From: an uncultured Anaerolineae bacterium
GTDB lineage: Bacteria; Chloroflexota; Anaerolineae; JAFGEY01
Length of the DNA stretch: 64,000 nt
Direction: 5' to 3'
NCBI GenBank assembly: GCA_964560475.1
Contig: CAZLMZ010000001.1
Coordinates: 538 to 64,537, forward strand
The notes beneath the pieces were generated by a model, which had not been told where the DNA came from, did no database searches, and saw only the letters and a program-made list of their open reading frames with translations. Within the stretch, counting starts at the first letter, position 1, and each line of letters begins with the position of its first letter. This document shows, one piece after another, positions 44,846 through 55,033 of this stretch. The translations under genes were made by a program, and so were the position numbers.

Positions 44846-46012
44846 CTATGTCACGTCCTGGGCAAACGGGGCTTTTTGCTCGGCAAAGAGCTGGCCGGTG
44901 TGGAAAAAGGTGCGGACCGTATCCTCGACGCCCGTGATCATGCGCTGCCCCTGGTTGTTCTCGGTCACATAAGCCGGTTGCAGATCCTGAATCGGGGCGG
45001 CGCGATGCAGGGCAGCAATACAAGCCACGTGGGCACGCCCGATCTCGAGCGTGCAATACGGTCGGGCGACCCGACCGAGCGCCATATCGGCAACGTTCTC
45101 GGCCATCGAAGCACGAGGTGGGCTTTCACGAACGCTCTCTGTACTGCCATCGACATAGGTGATCGTGGCCTCGCCCCCAATCCTCCAGTCCACCTGCCCT
45201 CGTTCTGCCTCGAGGTGCATCACCGGGTCCATTAGCTCGCCGCAAGCGTGGGTGGCAGCAAAAAGGACTTCGACGCCGCCTTCCGTCCACGCGCGCATGC
45301 AGCCGGTGTCAAAACTCTCGATGTCGTAGGCACGGTAGAGCTCGGCCTCGACCTGCTGTACTGATGCGGCCTGGCCTCGATGTGGCGAGGCAAGATAGAG
45401 CATGTTCATGATCTGGTGCGCCAGGGCATTGTTGAACGGAGAGTCATACACGGGATGCCCCTCGCAGAAGAGCTTGCCGGCCCACTCGTTGCGAGCATAG
45501 TAGGCGCGAGGGCGAGGCCACAAGGCAGCGATCGCGATGCGACGCACGTGCCCCAGACGCCCTGCCGCGATGTATTCCTTGAGAGTCTGAAAGACGGGTG
45601 AGTAGAGTTGCTGAAAGCCGACCGCACACTGCCGGCCACTCTCTTGGCGGGCGACAATCATGTCGTCCACCTCGGCGAGCGAGCCGGCTACCGGTTTCTC
45701 GACGAGGACGTGATAGCCCGCGCGCAGGGCAGCGATCGCCATGGGGGCGTGAAGGTAGATCGGTACGGGTAGGGTCACGACGTCTACCTGATCCCGGCAT
45801 GCCTGCAGCATGTCGGCATAGTCACCAAAGACGCGCACGCCCTGCTGTTCGAACTGCGCAACGACCTCGGGATGATCCGCCTTGTCGATGATCATCGAGG
45901 CCGCAAGGCGGCCTCGCCCGACCTCGGCAAGGCCAGCGACCATACCCAGGTGCGAGCGCGAGTAGCCCTGGATGCCTACTACTGCAAAGCGGACCGGATC
46001 GTGCGACGACAT
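44846..46012 (-). CDS. Gfo/Idh/MocA family oxidoreductase
   Basis: An N-terminal NAD(P) fold (VRFAVVGIQGYSRSH ... EKPVA). Confidence 0.8.
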   Translation of the reverse strand: MSSHDPVRFAVVGIQGYSRSHLGMVAGLAEVGRGRLAASMIIDKADHPEVVAQFEQQGVRVFGDYADMLQACRDQVDVVTLPVPIYLHAPMAIAALRAGYHVLVEKPVAGSLAEVDDMIVARQESGRQCAVGFQQLYSPVFQTLKEYIAAGRLGHVRRIAIAALWPRPRAYYARNEWAGKLFCEGHPVYDSPFNNALAHQIMNMLYLASPHRGQAASVQQVEAELYRAYDIESFDTGCMRAWTEGGVEVLFAATHACGELMDPVMHLEAERGQVDWRIGGEATITYVDGSTESVRESPPRASMAENVADMALGRVARPYCTLEIGRAHVACIAALHRAAPIQDLQPAYVTENNQGQRMITGVEDTVRTFFHTGQLFAEQKAPFAQDVT

Positions 46013-46036
46013 CTTGTTCTCCTCCTAGGGCTCTGG

Positions 46037-47167
46037 TTATGCGTGTTCGATCTGCTCAGAGAGTACAATGCCCCTCTCGGCATAGCCAGCGAGCAGGTGG
46101 CGATAGCAGTCCTCCACACGGCCGATATACTCGGGTGGACAGATTCCTCTTCCCACGAACAGGCCGGACGCGATCTGCCGCGCGACGATCGCGCAGGTAT
46201 AGCCCGTCGTCCGAGCCATCGACGTCGTTCCCGAAACCTGGTCATAGCGGTCGAGCAGGTCATAGCTGTAGGTGTACGGCGTGCCATTCTTCCTGCCGCG
46301 CACGGTGACCTGCATGATGGTCAGATCTCCCTCGTCGTCCAGGGACCACTGCTGAGCCAGCAGGTTGACCGTGAGGTCGACCGGACGGATCTGCTGGCCG
46401 CCCACGGCGATCGGCTCCTGTGAAAAGAACCCACTGTCCCGCAGGACACGCATCAGCGCGGCATGGCCCGGGTAGCGAAGCGTTTTTTCTTTCATCGACG
46501 GGCAGTCGAGGGTGCGGATCAGGGTCCGCAGGCCGTCGCTGTTAAAAGCCTCGAGCGTGCCTATGCCGGGCACATCGATCAGCTCGATGTCAGAGAGAGC
46601 GGGCCGGGTGACCTGCCTGCCGTCCTCGACCAAGCGTGCAGGGCGCGTGTACTCTTCGATCACGTCGAGCGGAGAAAAGACAGCCTGGTACTCGTAGGGC
46701 CAGCGGCGGACCACGGGCAGCCCCCCGACGTAACAGTCGTACTGCTCCAGGTGGTCCAACTGGGAGGCAACGTGCCCTGCCAGGATGTTGCAGAGCCCTG
46801 GCGCGACTCCACAGTCAACCACGGCGATCACGCCTAGCTCACGCGCCAGGTCGTCGAGCAAGAACGCATCTTCTGGGAAGAAGGAGATGTCGACCACGTC
46901 CTTCCGGGCAAGGAGAACGCGCCGCATTGTCTCGAAGCCCATATGACCGGGCACAGCGCAGACGACGAGGTCGGCGTCGCGTACCGCTGCGGCGACGCCT
47001 TTGCTTGTGCGAAGGTCGGTTAGGGCGGTCTCGATGGGGCAGGGGTCGAGCTCAGTTAAGCGTACCGGATCGATGTCGACAACCTGCACCGCAAAGCCAG
47101 GCTCCTGGCACAGGTCCCGCGCGATCGCGCTGCCGACGCGCCCAGCCCCAAGCACTGTCAACTGCAT
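46037..47167 (-). CDS. saccharopine dehydrogenase-like NAD(P)-binding oxidoreductase
   Basis: MQLTVLGAGRVGSAIARDL ... a Sacchrp_dh-type architecture. An AGGAGAA RBS precedes the internal ATG; the longer track ORF 46037..47380 is not used. Confidence 0.7.
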   Translation of the reverse strand: MQLTVLGAGRVGSAIARDLCQEPGFAVQVVDIDPVRLTELDPCPIETALTDLRTSKGVAAAVRDADLVVCAVPGHMGFETMRRVLLARKDVVDISFFPEDAFLLDDLARELGVIAVVDCGVAPGLCNILAGHVASQLDHLEQYDCYVGGLPVVRRWPYEYQAVFSPLDVIEEYTRPARLVEDGRQVTRPALSDIELIDVPGIGTLEAFNSDGLRTLIRTLDCPSMKEKTLRYPGHAALMRVLRDSGFFSQEPIAVGGQQIRPVDLTVNLLAQQWSLDDEGDLTIMQVTVRGRKNGTPYTYSYDLLDRYDQVSGTTSMARTTGYTCAIVARQIASGLFVGRGICPPEYIGRVEDCYRHLLAGYAERGIVLSEQIEHA

Positions 47168-47207
47168 CGCATTCTCCTGGGCACGCAGTGCGAGCCGGCG
47201 TGATTGG

Positions 47208-48173
47208 TCATCCCCGCTCCTCACGGACGTAGGGCAGGCCCAGCGCGGCGGGTGCGCCGATGCGCTTGCGGGCCGCTTCGCGAGAGCCAAGGATGAGGAC
47301 GATGACAGTAAAGGCATACGGCACCATCTGCAAGAAGAAGCCGAGGTAGGGGTTGTAGAAGAACGGGTTGCGGACCCCAAGCAGGCTGGTGGGACCTTGC
47401 AGATCGAGAATCAGCCTGCGCAACGCGCCAAAGGTGTAGGCGCCGACCGCAGCGCGCAGCGGGTTCCACTGCGCAAAGATGACGAGCCCCACCGCGATCC
47501 AGCCCTGGCCCGAAGTCGTCATCTCGCTGAACCAGCCAGGAGAGACCGCGAGGCTGATCGTGGCTCCGGCCAGGCCTGCGAGCAGGCCGCCCACACAGAC
47601 ATAGAAGTATCGCAAGCGGTAGACATGGATGCCCAGGGCGTCTGCTGCGGCCGGATGTTCGCCTACAGCGCGGAGGTGAAGTCCCGGGCGGGTGCGGTTC
47701 ATGTAGAACCACACGAGAGGCGTAAACAGGTAGCCCAGGTATACGAGCACGTTGTGGTTATCAAACAGGATCGGGCCGAAAAATGGCACCTGCGCCAGAA
47801 GCGGGATGCCGAAAGACGGAAGGAGCGAGATCGTGCCAGCTTTGCTGAGACCCTCACCAAAGATCAGGCTGAGCCCGGTGCCCAGAAACGTTAGAGAGAG
47901 ACCACTGACGACTTGATCGGCCTGGAGGTGGATCGTCACGAAACCGTGCAGCAGGCTGACCAGACCAGCGACCAGCATGGCCACGAGCAGTCCAAGCCAC
48001 GGGCTTCCAGTAGAAACGGCGACGCCAAAGCCGCTCATGGCGCCCATCAGCATCATGCCCTCGACGCCGAGGTTGAGGATGCCAGAGCGCTCGCACAGCA
48101 GCTCACCGATGGTGGCAAAGAGAAGGACGGTACCCGTCGCGATCCCCGAATGCAGGATGATGCTTGGGTCCAT
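47208..48173 (-). CDS. ABC transporter permease (nucleoside/BMP-type, NupC/YufQ-like)
   Basis: A polytopic protein with branched-chain/monosaccharide-type permease architecture, in an operon with the BMP binding protein. Confidence 0.8.
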   Translation of the reverse strand: MDPSIILHSGIATGTVLLFATIGELLCERSGILNLGVEGMMLMGAMSGFGVAVSTGSPWLGLLVAMLVAGLVSLLHGFVTIHLQADQVVSGLSLTFLGTGLSLIFGEGLSKAGTISLLPSFGIPLLAQVPFFGPILFDNHNVLVYLGYLFTPLVWFYMNRTRPGLHLRAVGEHPAAADALGIHVYRLRYFYVCVGGLLAGLAGATISLAVSPGWFSEMTTSGQGWIAVGLVIFAQWNPLRAAVGAYTFGALRRLILDLQGPTSLLGVRNPFFYNPYLGFFLQMVPYAFTVIVLILGSREAARKRIGAPAALGLPYVREERG

Positions 48174-48175
48174 GC

Positions 48176-49303
48176 CTATGCCTCCTGCACGTGCGAAAGG
48201 CGGATGCGATAGCGTAACAGCACGTCGCTGGCAATAACTGCAAAGAGGATAATGCCCTGGATCAGCTTGGGGATCCCTGAAGGCTGGATCTCTCGTCCGG
48301 CCAGTATGAGTGATCCGAACAAAAGGGAGACGACGACCACGGCAAAGGGGTTCAGCTTGGCCAGCCAGGCGACAATGATGCCGGTAAAGCCATAGCCGGG
48401 CGAGATGGTGCCCTGGAAGCGGTGTACCACCCCGGAGATTTCAGAGACGCCGGCAAGTCCGGCCAGCCCGCCCGAGAACATCATCACCAGGATCGTGTTG
48501 CGGACGATGGGGATGCCAGCATACTGTGCGGCCCGCGGATTGTCACCGATCAGACGGATCTCGTAGCCCCACCGGCTGCGATAGATCACGAACCAGACCA
48601 GCACGGCAGCCAGGATGCCGAAGACGAGGCCGAGATGTGTGGTCAACCCGCGGAAGAGCGGTACCTGCTGGGCATAGTCCGCCAGGCGAGGTAGCCAGGC
48701 ATTTCTGGGAAAGACCCTGCTCATCTCGAACCCACCCTCGCTCCACACGGCAAAGATAAAGAAATAGTTCCACGAGATGGCGATATAGTTCAGCATGAGG
48801 GTGGTGATGATCTCGTTGACGTTGAGTTTGGCCTTCAAGACGCCAGGGATCAGGCCCCACAACGCGCCCGCAGCCGTTCCGGCGACGATCATCGCCAGGA
48901 GCATGAGCGGGCGTGGCGTAGACTCGGGCAGCAAGGGAGCCAGGACGACAGTGCTCGCCCCAAAGGCGCCGATCATGAACTGACCCTCGGCCCCGATGTT
49001 CCACAGCCGCATGCGGAAGGCTAGGGAGCACGCGAGCCCAACCAGGATGATCGGCGTCGCCTTGACCAGCGTGTCGGAAAAGACGCCGAGGCTGCCAAAG
49101 GAAGCGCGGGCAATGTGCGCGTACGTCGAAAAGGGGTTGCCGCCGACGAGCACCAGGATCACGGCACCCACTGCCAAGGCAGCAGCAACGGCGGCCAGGG
49201 AAACGAGAGGCGGCATCCAGGCCGGCACCGGTTCGAGGCGCGGCTCCATCGCGATGCGGTATGGGATCCGGATGCGGCGTTTGCGAACGGTCGCTGTGCT
49301 CAT
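48176..49303 (-). CDS. ABC transporter permease (NupB/YufP-like)
   Basis: A polytopic protein. Its start overlaps the ATPase stop. Confidence 0.8.
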   Translation of the reverse strand: MSTATVRKRRIRIPYRIAMEPRLEPVPAWMPPLVSLAAVAAALAVGAVILVLVGGNPFSTYAHIARASFGSLGVFSDTLVKATPIILVGLACSLAFRMRLWNIGAEGQFMIGAFGASTVVLAPLLPESTPRPLMLLAMIVAGTAAGALWGLIPGVLKAKLNVNEIITTLMLNYIAISWNYFFIFAVWSEGGFEMSRVFPRNAWLPRLADYAQQVPLFRGLTTHLGLVFGILAAVLVWFVIYRSRWGYEIRLIGDNPRAAQYAGIPIVRNTILVMMFSGGLAGLAGVSEISGVVHRFQGTISPGYGFTGIIVAWLAKLNPFAVVVVSLLFGSLILAGREIQPSGIPKLIQGIILFAVIASDVLLRYRIRLSHVQEA

Positions 49304-50838
49304 TGTCCCTCACTCCTTCGCTTTTGGCGCCGTTCGCCGGTCATCATCAGACCTACTGCCTCACGGTCCTCGGTCTGCATCTCGCCTGCGATCTGGCCCT
49401 CATAGATCACGGCGACCCGGTCACTGAGCGCAAACAGCTCGTCGAGCTCTTCCGAGATGAGAAGGATGGCTGCACCGCTCTCCCGCTGCGCCAGCAACAG
49501 GCGCTGGACGTCCTCGATAGCACCCACATCTAGGCCTCGCGTTGGCTGGACGGCGACCAGCAGCCGAGGTTGGGTCGCGATCTCGCGGGCCAGGATCAGC
49601 CGCTGCAAGTTGCCGCCCGAGAGCAGTCGCGCTGGTACGTCGATCGAGGGAGCGACAATGTCGTACGCCTGCTTCAGATCTCCTGCCCAGGCGTTTGCCG
49701 CTGCCTGGCTGATCGCCCAGCCCTGGGCGATGGGCTCCCGGCGGTAGTGCTTCATGATCAGGTTGTCTGTTAGGCTCAGGTTGGGTGCACTACCCACCTC
49801 GGTCCGGTCTTCGGGCACGTGCGAAACGCCACGCTGGATCGCGGTGAGCGTGCGGCCGTTCTCGATCTTCTGTCCCTGGATCATGATGCGACCAGAGGTG
49901 GCCGGGCGCAGTCCCGTGATCACTTCCGCCAGCTCCCGCTGGCCATTACCAGCGATGCCAGCAAGGCCAAGGACTTCGCCCGCCCTGACCTGGAGAGACA
50001 AACCGCGCAGCGCAGGCAAGCCCTTGTCGTTGTCTGCGTGAATGTCGTCGACTGCGAGCACTACTTGACCGGGTTTCTGTGCGGCCTTTTCGACGCGGAA
50101 CAGGACCGACCGGCCCACCATCAGACGTGCCAGCTCTTCGGCACTCGTCGCATCCTTGTCGAGCCCTGCCGCGGTGACGCGGCCCTTGCGCAAGACGGTA
50201 ACCCGATCAGCGACCTGCATCACCTCGCGCAGTTTGTGGCTGATAAAGATGACCGATTTTCCCTCTCGGGTCATCGAGCGGAGGGTGCGAAACAGCTCCT
50301 CAATCTCCGGTGGGGCGAGAACGGCTGTCGGCTCATCCATGATCAGCACGTCGGTCCCACGGTAGAGCATCTTGAGGATCTCTACGCGCTGCTGTTCACC
50401 GACACAGAGCTGCCAGATCCGGGCCCTGGGATCCACGTGCAGCCCAAAGCGCTCGCCCAATCGAGCGACGCGTTGGTGGTAGGCGGCAAGCCGCAGGAAA
50501 AAACGAGGCTCATCGAGGCCGAGAAGGATGTTCTCGGTCACCGTCTGCGACTGTACGAGCATAAAGTGCTGGTGTACCATACCGATGCCCAGGTCGATCG
50601 CGTCCCGCGGGGATCGCAGGTCGGCACGATGCCCACAGACTGTGATCTGACCAGCGTCAGGGCGATACAGTCCAGCCAGGACGTTCATCAGCGTGCTCTT
50701 GCCTGCCCCGTTTTCGCCGAGCAGAGCATGGATTTCCCCGGCGTGGACGGTCAAGTCTACGTAGTCGACGGCGACCACCCCCGGGAAGCGCTTGACGATG
50801 CCCCGCATCTCGATGGCAGGACACAGTTCCCCTTGCAT
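49300..50838 (-). CDS. ABC transporter ATP-binding protein with duplicated ATPase domains (NupA/YufO-like)
   Basis: Two Walker A motifs (GENGAGKST; GIAGNGQRE-type) and two signature motifs. The start is placed at MQGELCPAIEMRGIVKRF with a GAAAGG RBS. Confidence 0.85.
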   Translation of the reverse strand: MQGELCPAIEMRGIVKRFPGVVAVDYVDLTVHAGEIHALLGENGAGKSTLMNVLAGLYRPDAGQITVCGHRADLRSPRDAIDLGIGMVHQHFMLVQSQTVTENILLGLDEPRFFLRLAAYHQRVARLGERFGLHVDPRARIWQLCVGEQQRVEILKMLYRGTDVLIMDEPTAVLAPPEIEELFRTLRSMTREGKSVIFISHKLREVMQVADRVTVLRKGRVTAAGLDKDATSAEELARLMVGRSVLFRVEKAAQKPGQVVLAVDDIHADNDKGLPALRGLSLQVRAGEVLGLAGIAGNGQRELAEVITGLRPATSGRIMIQGQKIENGRTLTAIQRGVSHVPEDRTEVGSAPNLSLTDNLIMKHYRREPIAQGWAISQAAANAWAGDLKQAYDIVAPSIDVPARLLSGGNLQRLILAREIATQPRLLVAVQPTRGLDVGAIEDVQRLLLAQRESGAAILLISEELDELFALSDRVAVIYEGQIAGEMQTEDREAVGLMMTGERRQKRRSEGQ

Positions 50839-50972
50839 CAGTGACCTTTCACCATACGACGCGCTGCACCTCAGCACTGCTAGAAGGCAGCAACGTCGCT
50901 CGGAAAGCAGAAGTGGAGGGGCAGGGAACCGTCGCCTGCCCCTCCCGATCGATATCTACGCGAGGCTGCGGG

Positions 50973-52178
50973 CTAAGGCTCGGGCAGCTCTGCGACGATG
51001 CCGTCCGCCCACCAGTACATACAGGTGTTGCACTCGAGTCCGGGTGCGCCGGGTGGAAGCTGGTCGAGGTCGTTCTGGACCAGGCTCTCGCCTTCCGCAA
51101 GGACTACGTTGCCTTGGTTGTCCATGATTGGCCCGGAAAAGACATCAAAGCGATCGAACTGGCCTGCCAGCATCTTGGCCAGCGTGTCCTTGACCAATTG
51201 CACATCCTCGGCCGGGAGGTCGGCTACGCCGGGCTGTGGCGTCTCGCCCGCCATGAACCCGTAGAGGCCCATGCTGCCGGTATCCTCATCAAAGTAGTGC
51301 CAGCCGACCTCGTAGGTGCCGTCGCGTACCCCGTTCACGATCTCGGCGTACACGGGACCCCAGATCCAGTAGGGTGCGGTGAGGCACGCATCGACCTTGC
51401 ATGAGCCAGACCAGTCATAGGTGACGCCCCACTTGCCTTTTTCCTGAGCGACGTCGGCAACCGCTGGCGTATCGGCGCCGGTAAAGACGACCTGGGCGCC
51501 TGCGTCAAAGAGCGATGCGGCAGCATCTCGCTCTACCGTCGGGTCGTGCCAGGTGTTGATCCACCGTACGTCCAGCGTGCACTCGGGGCAGGTCTCTTTC
51601 ATGCCCAGCGCAATGGCATTGCCGAGGCGAATCTCTTCCGGGATCGGGAAGGTCGCCATGTAGCCCAGCTTGGGGTTGCCATCCGCCTTGGCACGCGAAC
51701 CGGCGAGCATGCCAGCCAGGTACTTCATATCCTCCATGGCGCCAAAGAGGTTACCAAAGTTCGTGCTGTTCGACTTGTAGCCGCTGGTGTGGATGTAGGT
51801 AGTATCCGGAAACTCGCCAGCCACGGTCTCCATGGGATCCATGTAGCCGAAAGACGTGCCAAAGATCAGGTCAAAGCCCTTGCGCGACAGGCTGCGGAAG
51901 ACCTGCTCCGAGTCTGCGCCCTCGGGAACGTTCTCGATATATGCTGTGTGTACGTTCTCGACGTTCTGCTGTAGGTACTGCAGACCCTCATAGTGCGCCT
52001 GGCTCCAGCCACCGTCGTCGTGTGGGCCGATGAGCACAAAGGCTACGTTGAACTTGCCGCGTTCCGTGACTGGGATCTCGAATCCCCCCACGACCTCCGG
52101 CTTCTGTTGGCAGGCGGTCAACAGCGCTGACAACAGGATGACCGCTGTGACCAAGACGGAGAACCTCTTTGATTGCAC
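50973..52178 (-). CDS. BMP-family (basic membrane protein/Med) ABC substrate-binding lipoprotein
   Basis: A lipobox (LLTAC) and BMP-family signature motifs. GTG start preceded by AAGGAGG. Confidence 0.8.
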   Translation of the reverse strand: MQSKRFSVLVTAVILLSALLTACQQKPEVVGGFEIPVTERGKFNVAFVLIGPHDDGGWSQAHYEGLQYLQQNVENVHTAYIENVPEGADSEQVFRSLSRKGFDLIFGTSFGYMDPMETVAGEFPDTTYIHTSGYKSNSTNFGNLFGAMEDMKYLAGMLAGSRAKADGNPKLGYMATFPIPEEIRLGNAIALGMKETCPECTLDVRWINTWHDPTVERDAAASLFDAGAQVVFTGADTPAVADVAQEKGKWGVTYDWSGSCKVDACLTAPYWIWGPVYAEIVNGVRDGTYEVGWHYFDEDTGSMGLYGFMAGETPQPGVADLPAEDVQLVKDTLAKMLAGQFDRFDVFSGPIMDNQGNVVLAEGESLVQNDLDQLPPGAPGLECNTCMYWWADGIVAELPEP

Positions 52179-52447
52179 CTTTTCCTCCTTGCGTAGTGTA
52201 GTTGGGACGCGCACTGCTATCGATCGTGCTGGACGATGTCTCTCTGCTGCACCTCCTTTGATTCGCACACAGACCCGTAGGCTGCACAGTGAGTGCCAGC
52301 CAAGGTTAAAGCCAGCCGCGTATTATAGTGGATGTCTGCCTCACACGCCAAATTGGATGCAGGAGCAACACAGCTTTGGTGAGACGGGCACGAGAAGATC
52401 GTGCCGGGAGAACCTCAGCATCGAGGGACGAAAAGGTGCCGACGGCG

Positions 52448-53224
52448 CTAGATCAACAGGGCACAAATGTCGTCGCTACGCAAACGGAAGGTACGGTCAT
52501 CTAGCTGCTCGACGCCCGGGCGGCGCCGATAGTTCGTTACGTCGACGTTCTTGAGCACGCGGATCTCTTGCTCATAGGGTGGCTCGATCGTGAACGGCGG
52601 GATGTCAGCGAGATGACGGGTCGCTTCCGAGATCGTCTGGCGGATGAGCTCCTGCGCACGCTGTGGTGAGAGGTGAATCGCCATCTCGATGCCGCGTCCT
52701 TGCTTCACGGACGCACCGTGGAGGGTAGGGATGAGCGCCTGGGCCTCGGCAACGGCCTTGTCACCACCCGACAGAAACACCGTTGGGATGCCGAGGCTAC
52801 CGGCCAGTGCTGCCCGGCAGCCGAACTCACCCATCGCAATGCCATTGAGCTTGTAGTAGTCGATCGAGCGGGAGCTGTAGGTGTGGCTAAGCGGCGCATC
52901 CGGGGTGCCGGCCATCGCATGCTGTCCAACGAAATAGAGCGCGTCAAAGCCTTCATCCAGGAAGTAGGGTGGGGAGATGGGGCCACGCGGGATGAAGCGT
53001 GCAGCAGCATGGAGCTGTTCTACATCCAACCCGCCATTGCCGTGGCCATCCCACACGACAACGTCCGCATCGGGGACAACATCCAGGATGCCGTCCACTG
53101 CCGCGTTGACCTCGGCAGTAAGGAGGCGCATTGCTCGCTCCTTCAAAGGCCCTGGCTCGCGTGTCTGAGCCCAGCGCTGAACCCCAGCAACGCCTTCCAG
53201 GTCGGTCATGATATACGCTTTCAT
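52448..53224 (-). CDS. M55 family metallopeptidase (D-aminopeptidase DppA-like)
   Basis: An N-terminal MKAYIMTDLEGVAGV, characteristic of peptidase M55. Confidence 0.8.
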   Translation of the reverse strand: MKAYIMTDLEGVAGVQRWAQTREPGPLKERAMRLLTAEVNAAVDGILDVVPDADVVVWDGHGNGGLDVEQLHAAARFIPRGPISPPYFLDEGFDALYFVGQHAMAGTPDAPLSHTYSSRSIDYYKLNGIAMGEFGCRAALAGSLGIPTVFLSGGDKAVAEAQALIPTLHGASVKQGRGIEMAIHLSPQRAQELIRQTISEATRHLADIPPFTIEPPYEQEIRVLKNVDVTNYRRRPGVEQLDDRTFRLRSDDICALLI

Positions 53225-54735
53225 CTCTCGGTGTCCTCCCCAGTTGCTCTACCGTACGTTGTAGTCAGTTCGCCCAGCCAACGGGCAATGCCGCCGTCCA
53301 GCGCGCCACTCTGATAGCGCCACTGCCAGTTCCCGCCCGTCGTACCGGGCGTGTTCATGCGCGCCTCACTACCCAGCTTGAGTAGATCCTGCGCAGTCAC
53401 CACGGCCATGTTGGCAACCGACATGAAGGCGAGCTGCATCATGCTCCACACGATGTCGTGCTCGTCGCGGCCCAAGTAGCGCAGCACAAACGCCCGCTCC
53501 TCCCGGTCACGGCTGTTATACCAGCCTATGGTCGTGTCGTTGTCGTGTGTGCCCAGGTAGACGACATAGTCTTCCTCATAGTTGTGCGGGAGGTATTCGT
53601 GGCTGGAATCGTCGGCAAATGCGAAATGAAGCACCTTCATGCCGGGCAGCTTCACACGTTTGCGGAGGGCGCGGACGGCGTCGGTGATGATGCCGAGATC
53701 TTCGGCGATGATGGGCAGTTCCGGTCCGAATTCCGCCCTGAGCGCGTCAAAGAAGGCATCTGCCGGGCCCGGCACCCAGCGGCCACGGACGGCTGTTGGC
53801 TCGTCCGCAGGGATTTCCCAATAGGTTTCTAGACCGCGGAAATGATCGATGCGGAGAATATCGACGAGCTCGAGAACAGAACGAAGGCGCCGAATCCACC
53901 AACTAAAGCCATCGGCAGCGATGACGTCCCAACGGTAGAGCGGGTTGCCCCAGCGCTGCCCCGTGGCACTAAAGTAGTCGGGCGGCACGCCGGCCACAAC
54001 CGTAAGATGGCCTTGCCCGTCCATGTAAAAGATCTCCGGGTCCGCCCATGCATCGGCACTGTCGGGCGCGACAAAGATCGGGATGTCACCGACGAGCCGA
54101 ATGCCACGCTCGTTGGCATAGCTGCGCAGCGCGCTCCATTGCTCAAAGAAGCGATACTGGACGTACTTGTGGAATTGGGTCGTTTCGCCGAGCGCGGCGC
54201 GCTGTGCGGCGAGGGCCTGGGGATCACGCTGGACCAGCGATGCCTCCCAGGTGTTCCACATTGCCCCATCGTGCGCTTCCTTGAGGGCCATAAAGAGCGC
54301 ATAGTCCTCCAGCCAGTGACTCTTTTCCTCGCAGAACCGCTCAAAGGCAGCGCGTTGTGCCCGGTCAGCGACCGAGCGAAAACGGCGTGCTGCCTGGCGA
54401 AGTACGCCGGTCTTCCACTCGATCACAGAACCATAGTCCACGTGATCGGAGGCAAAGCCAGGCGCGTCCTCGAGTGCGGCTGCCGAGAGATCTCCAATCT
54501 CGACCAGCCGCGTCAGGTCGATGAGCAGAGGGTTACCGGCGTGCGACGAGAAGGAGGCGTAGGGCGAGTCGGCATAGCCCGTCGGCCCGAGCGGCAGGAC
54601 CTGCCACAGGCTCTGCCTGGCCGAACACATAAAGTCCACGAAGCGGTAGGCCTCGTAGCCCAGGTCACCAATGCCATACCTGCCGGGCAAAGAGGTGGGA
54701 TGGAGTAGCACGCCGCTGCGCCGGGCTTGGTCCAT
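53221..54735 (-). CDS. malQ: 4-alpha-glucanotransferase (amylomaltase, GH77)
   Basis: SGVLLHPTSLPGRYGIGDLG ... GH77 motifs across ~500 aa. Confidence 0.85.
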   Translation of the reverse strand: MDQARRSGVLLHPTSLPGRYGIGDLGYEAYRFVDFMCSARQSLWQVLPLGPTGYADSPYASFSSHAGNPLLIDLTRLVEIGDLSAAALEDAPGFASDHVDYGSVIEWKTGVLRQAARRFRSVADRAQRAAFERFCEEKSHWLEDYALFMALKEAHDGAMWNTWEASLVQRDPQALAAQRAALGETTQFHKYVQYRFFEQWSALRSYANERGIRLVGDIPIFVAPDSADAWADPEIFYMDGQGHLTVVAGVPPDYFSATGQRWGNPLYRWDVIAADGFSWWIRRLRSVLELVDILRIDHFRGLETYWEIPADEPTAVRGRWVPGPADAFFDALRAEFGPELPIIAEDLGIITDAVRALRKRVKLPGMKVLHFAFADDSSHEYLPHNYEEDYVVYLGTHDNDTTIGWYNSRDREERAFVLRYLGRDEHDIVWSMMQLAFMSVANMAVVTAQDLLKLGSEARMNTPGTTGGNWQWRYQSGALDGGIARWLGELTTTYGRATGEDTER

Positions 54736-55033
54736 GTGCTTGTCTCCTGTTCGTGGTGGCGCGGGCTTGCTTGTGTCAGCCGAACCTGCTTACTAACGCG
54801 GCTTCCCCAGACGGGCCGTTCCCGCTGGGTACGACGGCGATTCTACACCCGTTCAGCTCACCCGTCAATCGCCCACACGGGGAGAACGAGACCAACTTTT
54901 CTGCGAGGTGTGCCTTCCAAAATAGATGCGAACGGGTTGCCAAGCCGTGGGAAATGTATAGAATATAGCGACGAGCAGCACGCGGGCCGGTGCGTCAGTA
55001 GGTATACACGCGTATGCAGCTCAGGGAGGGTCT

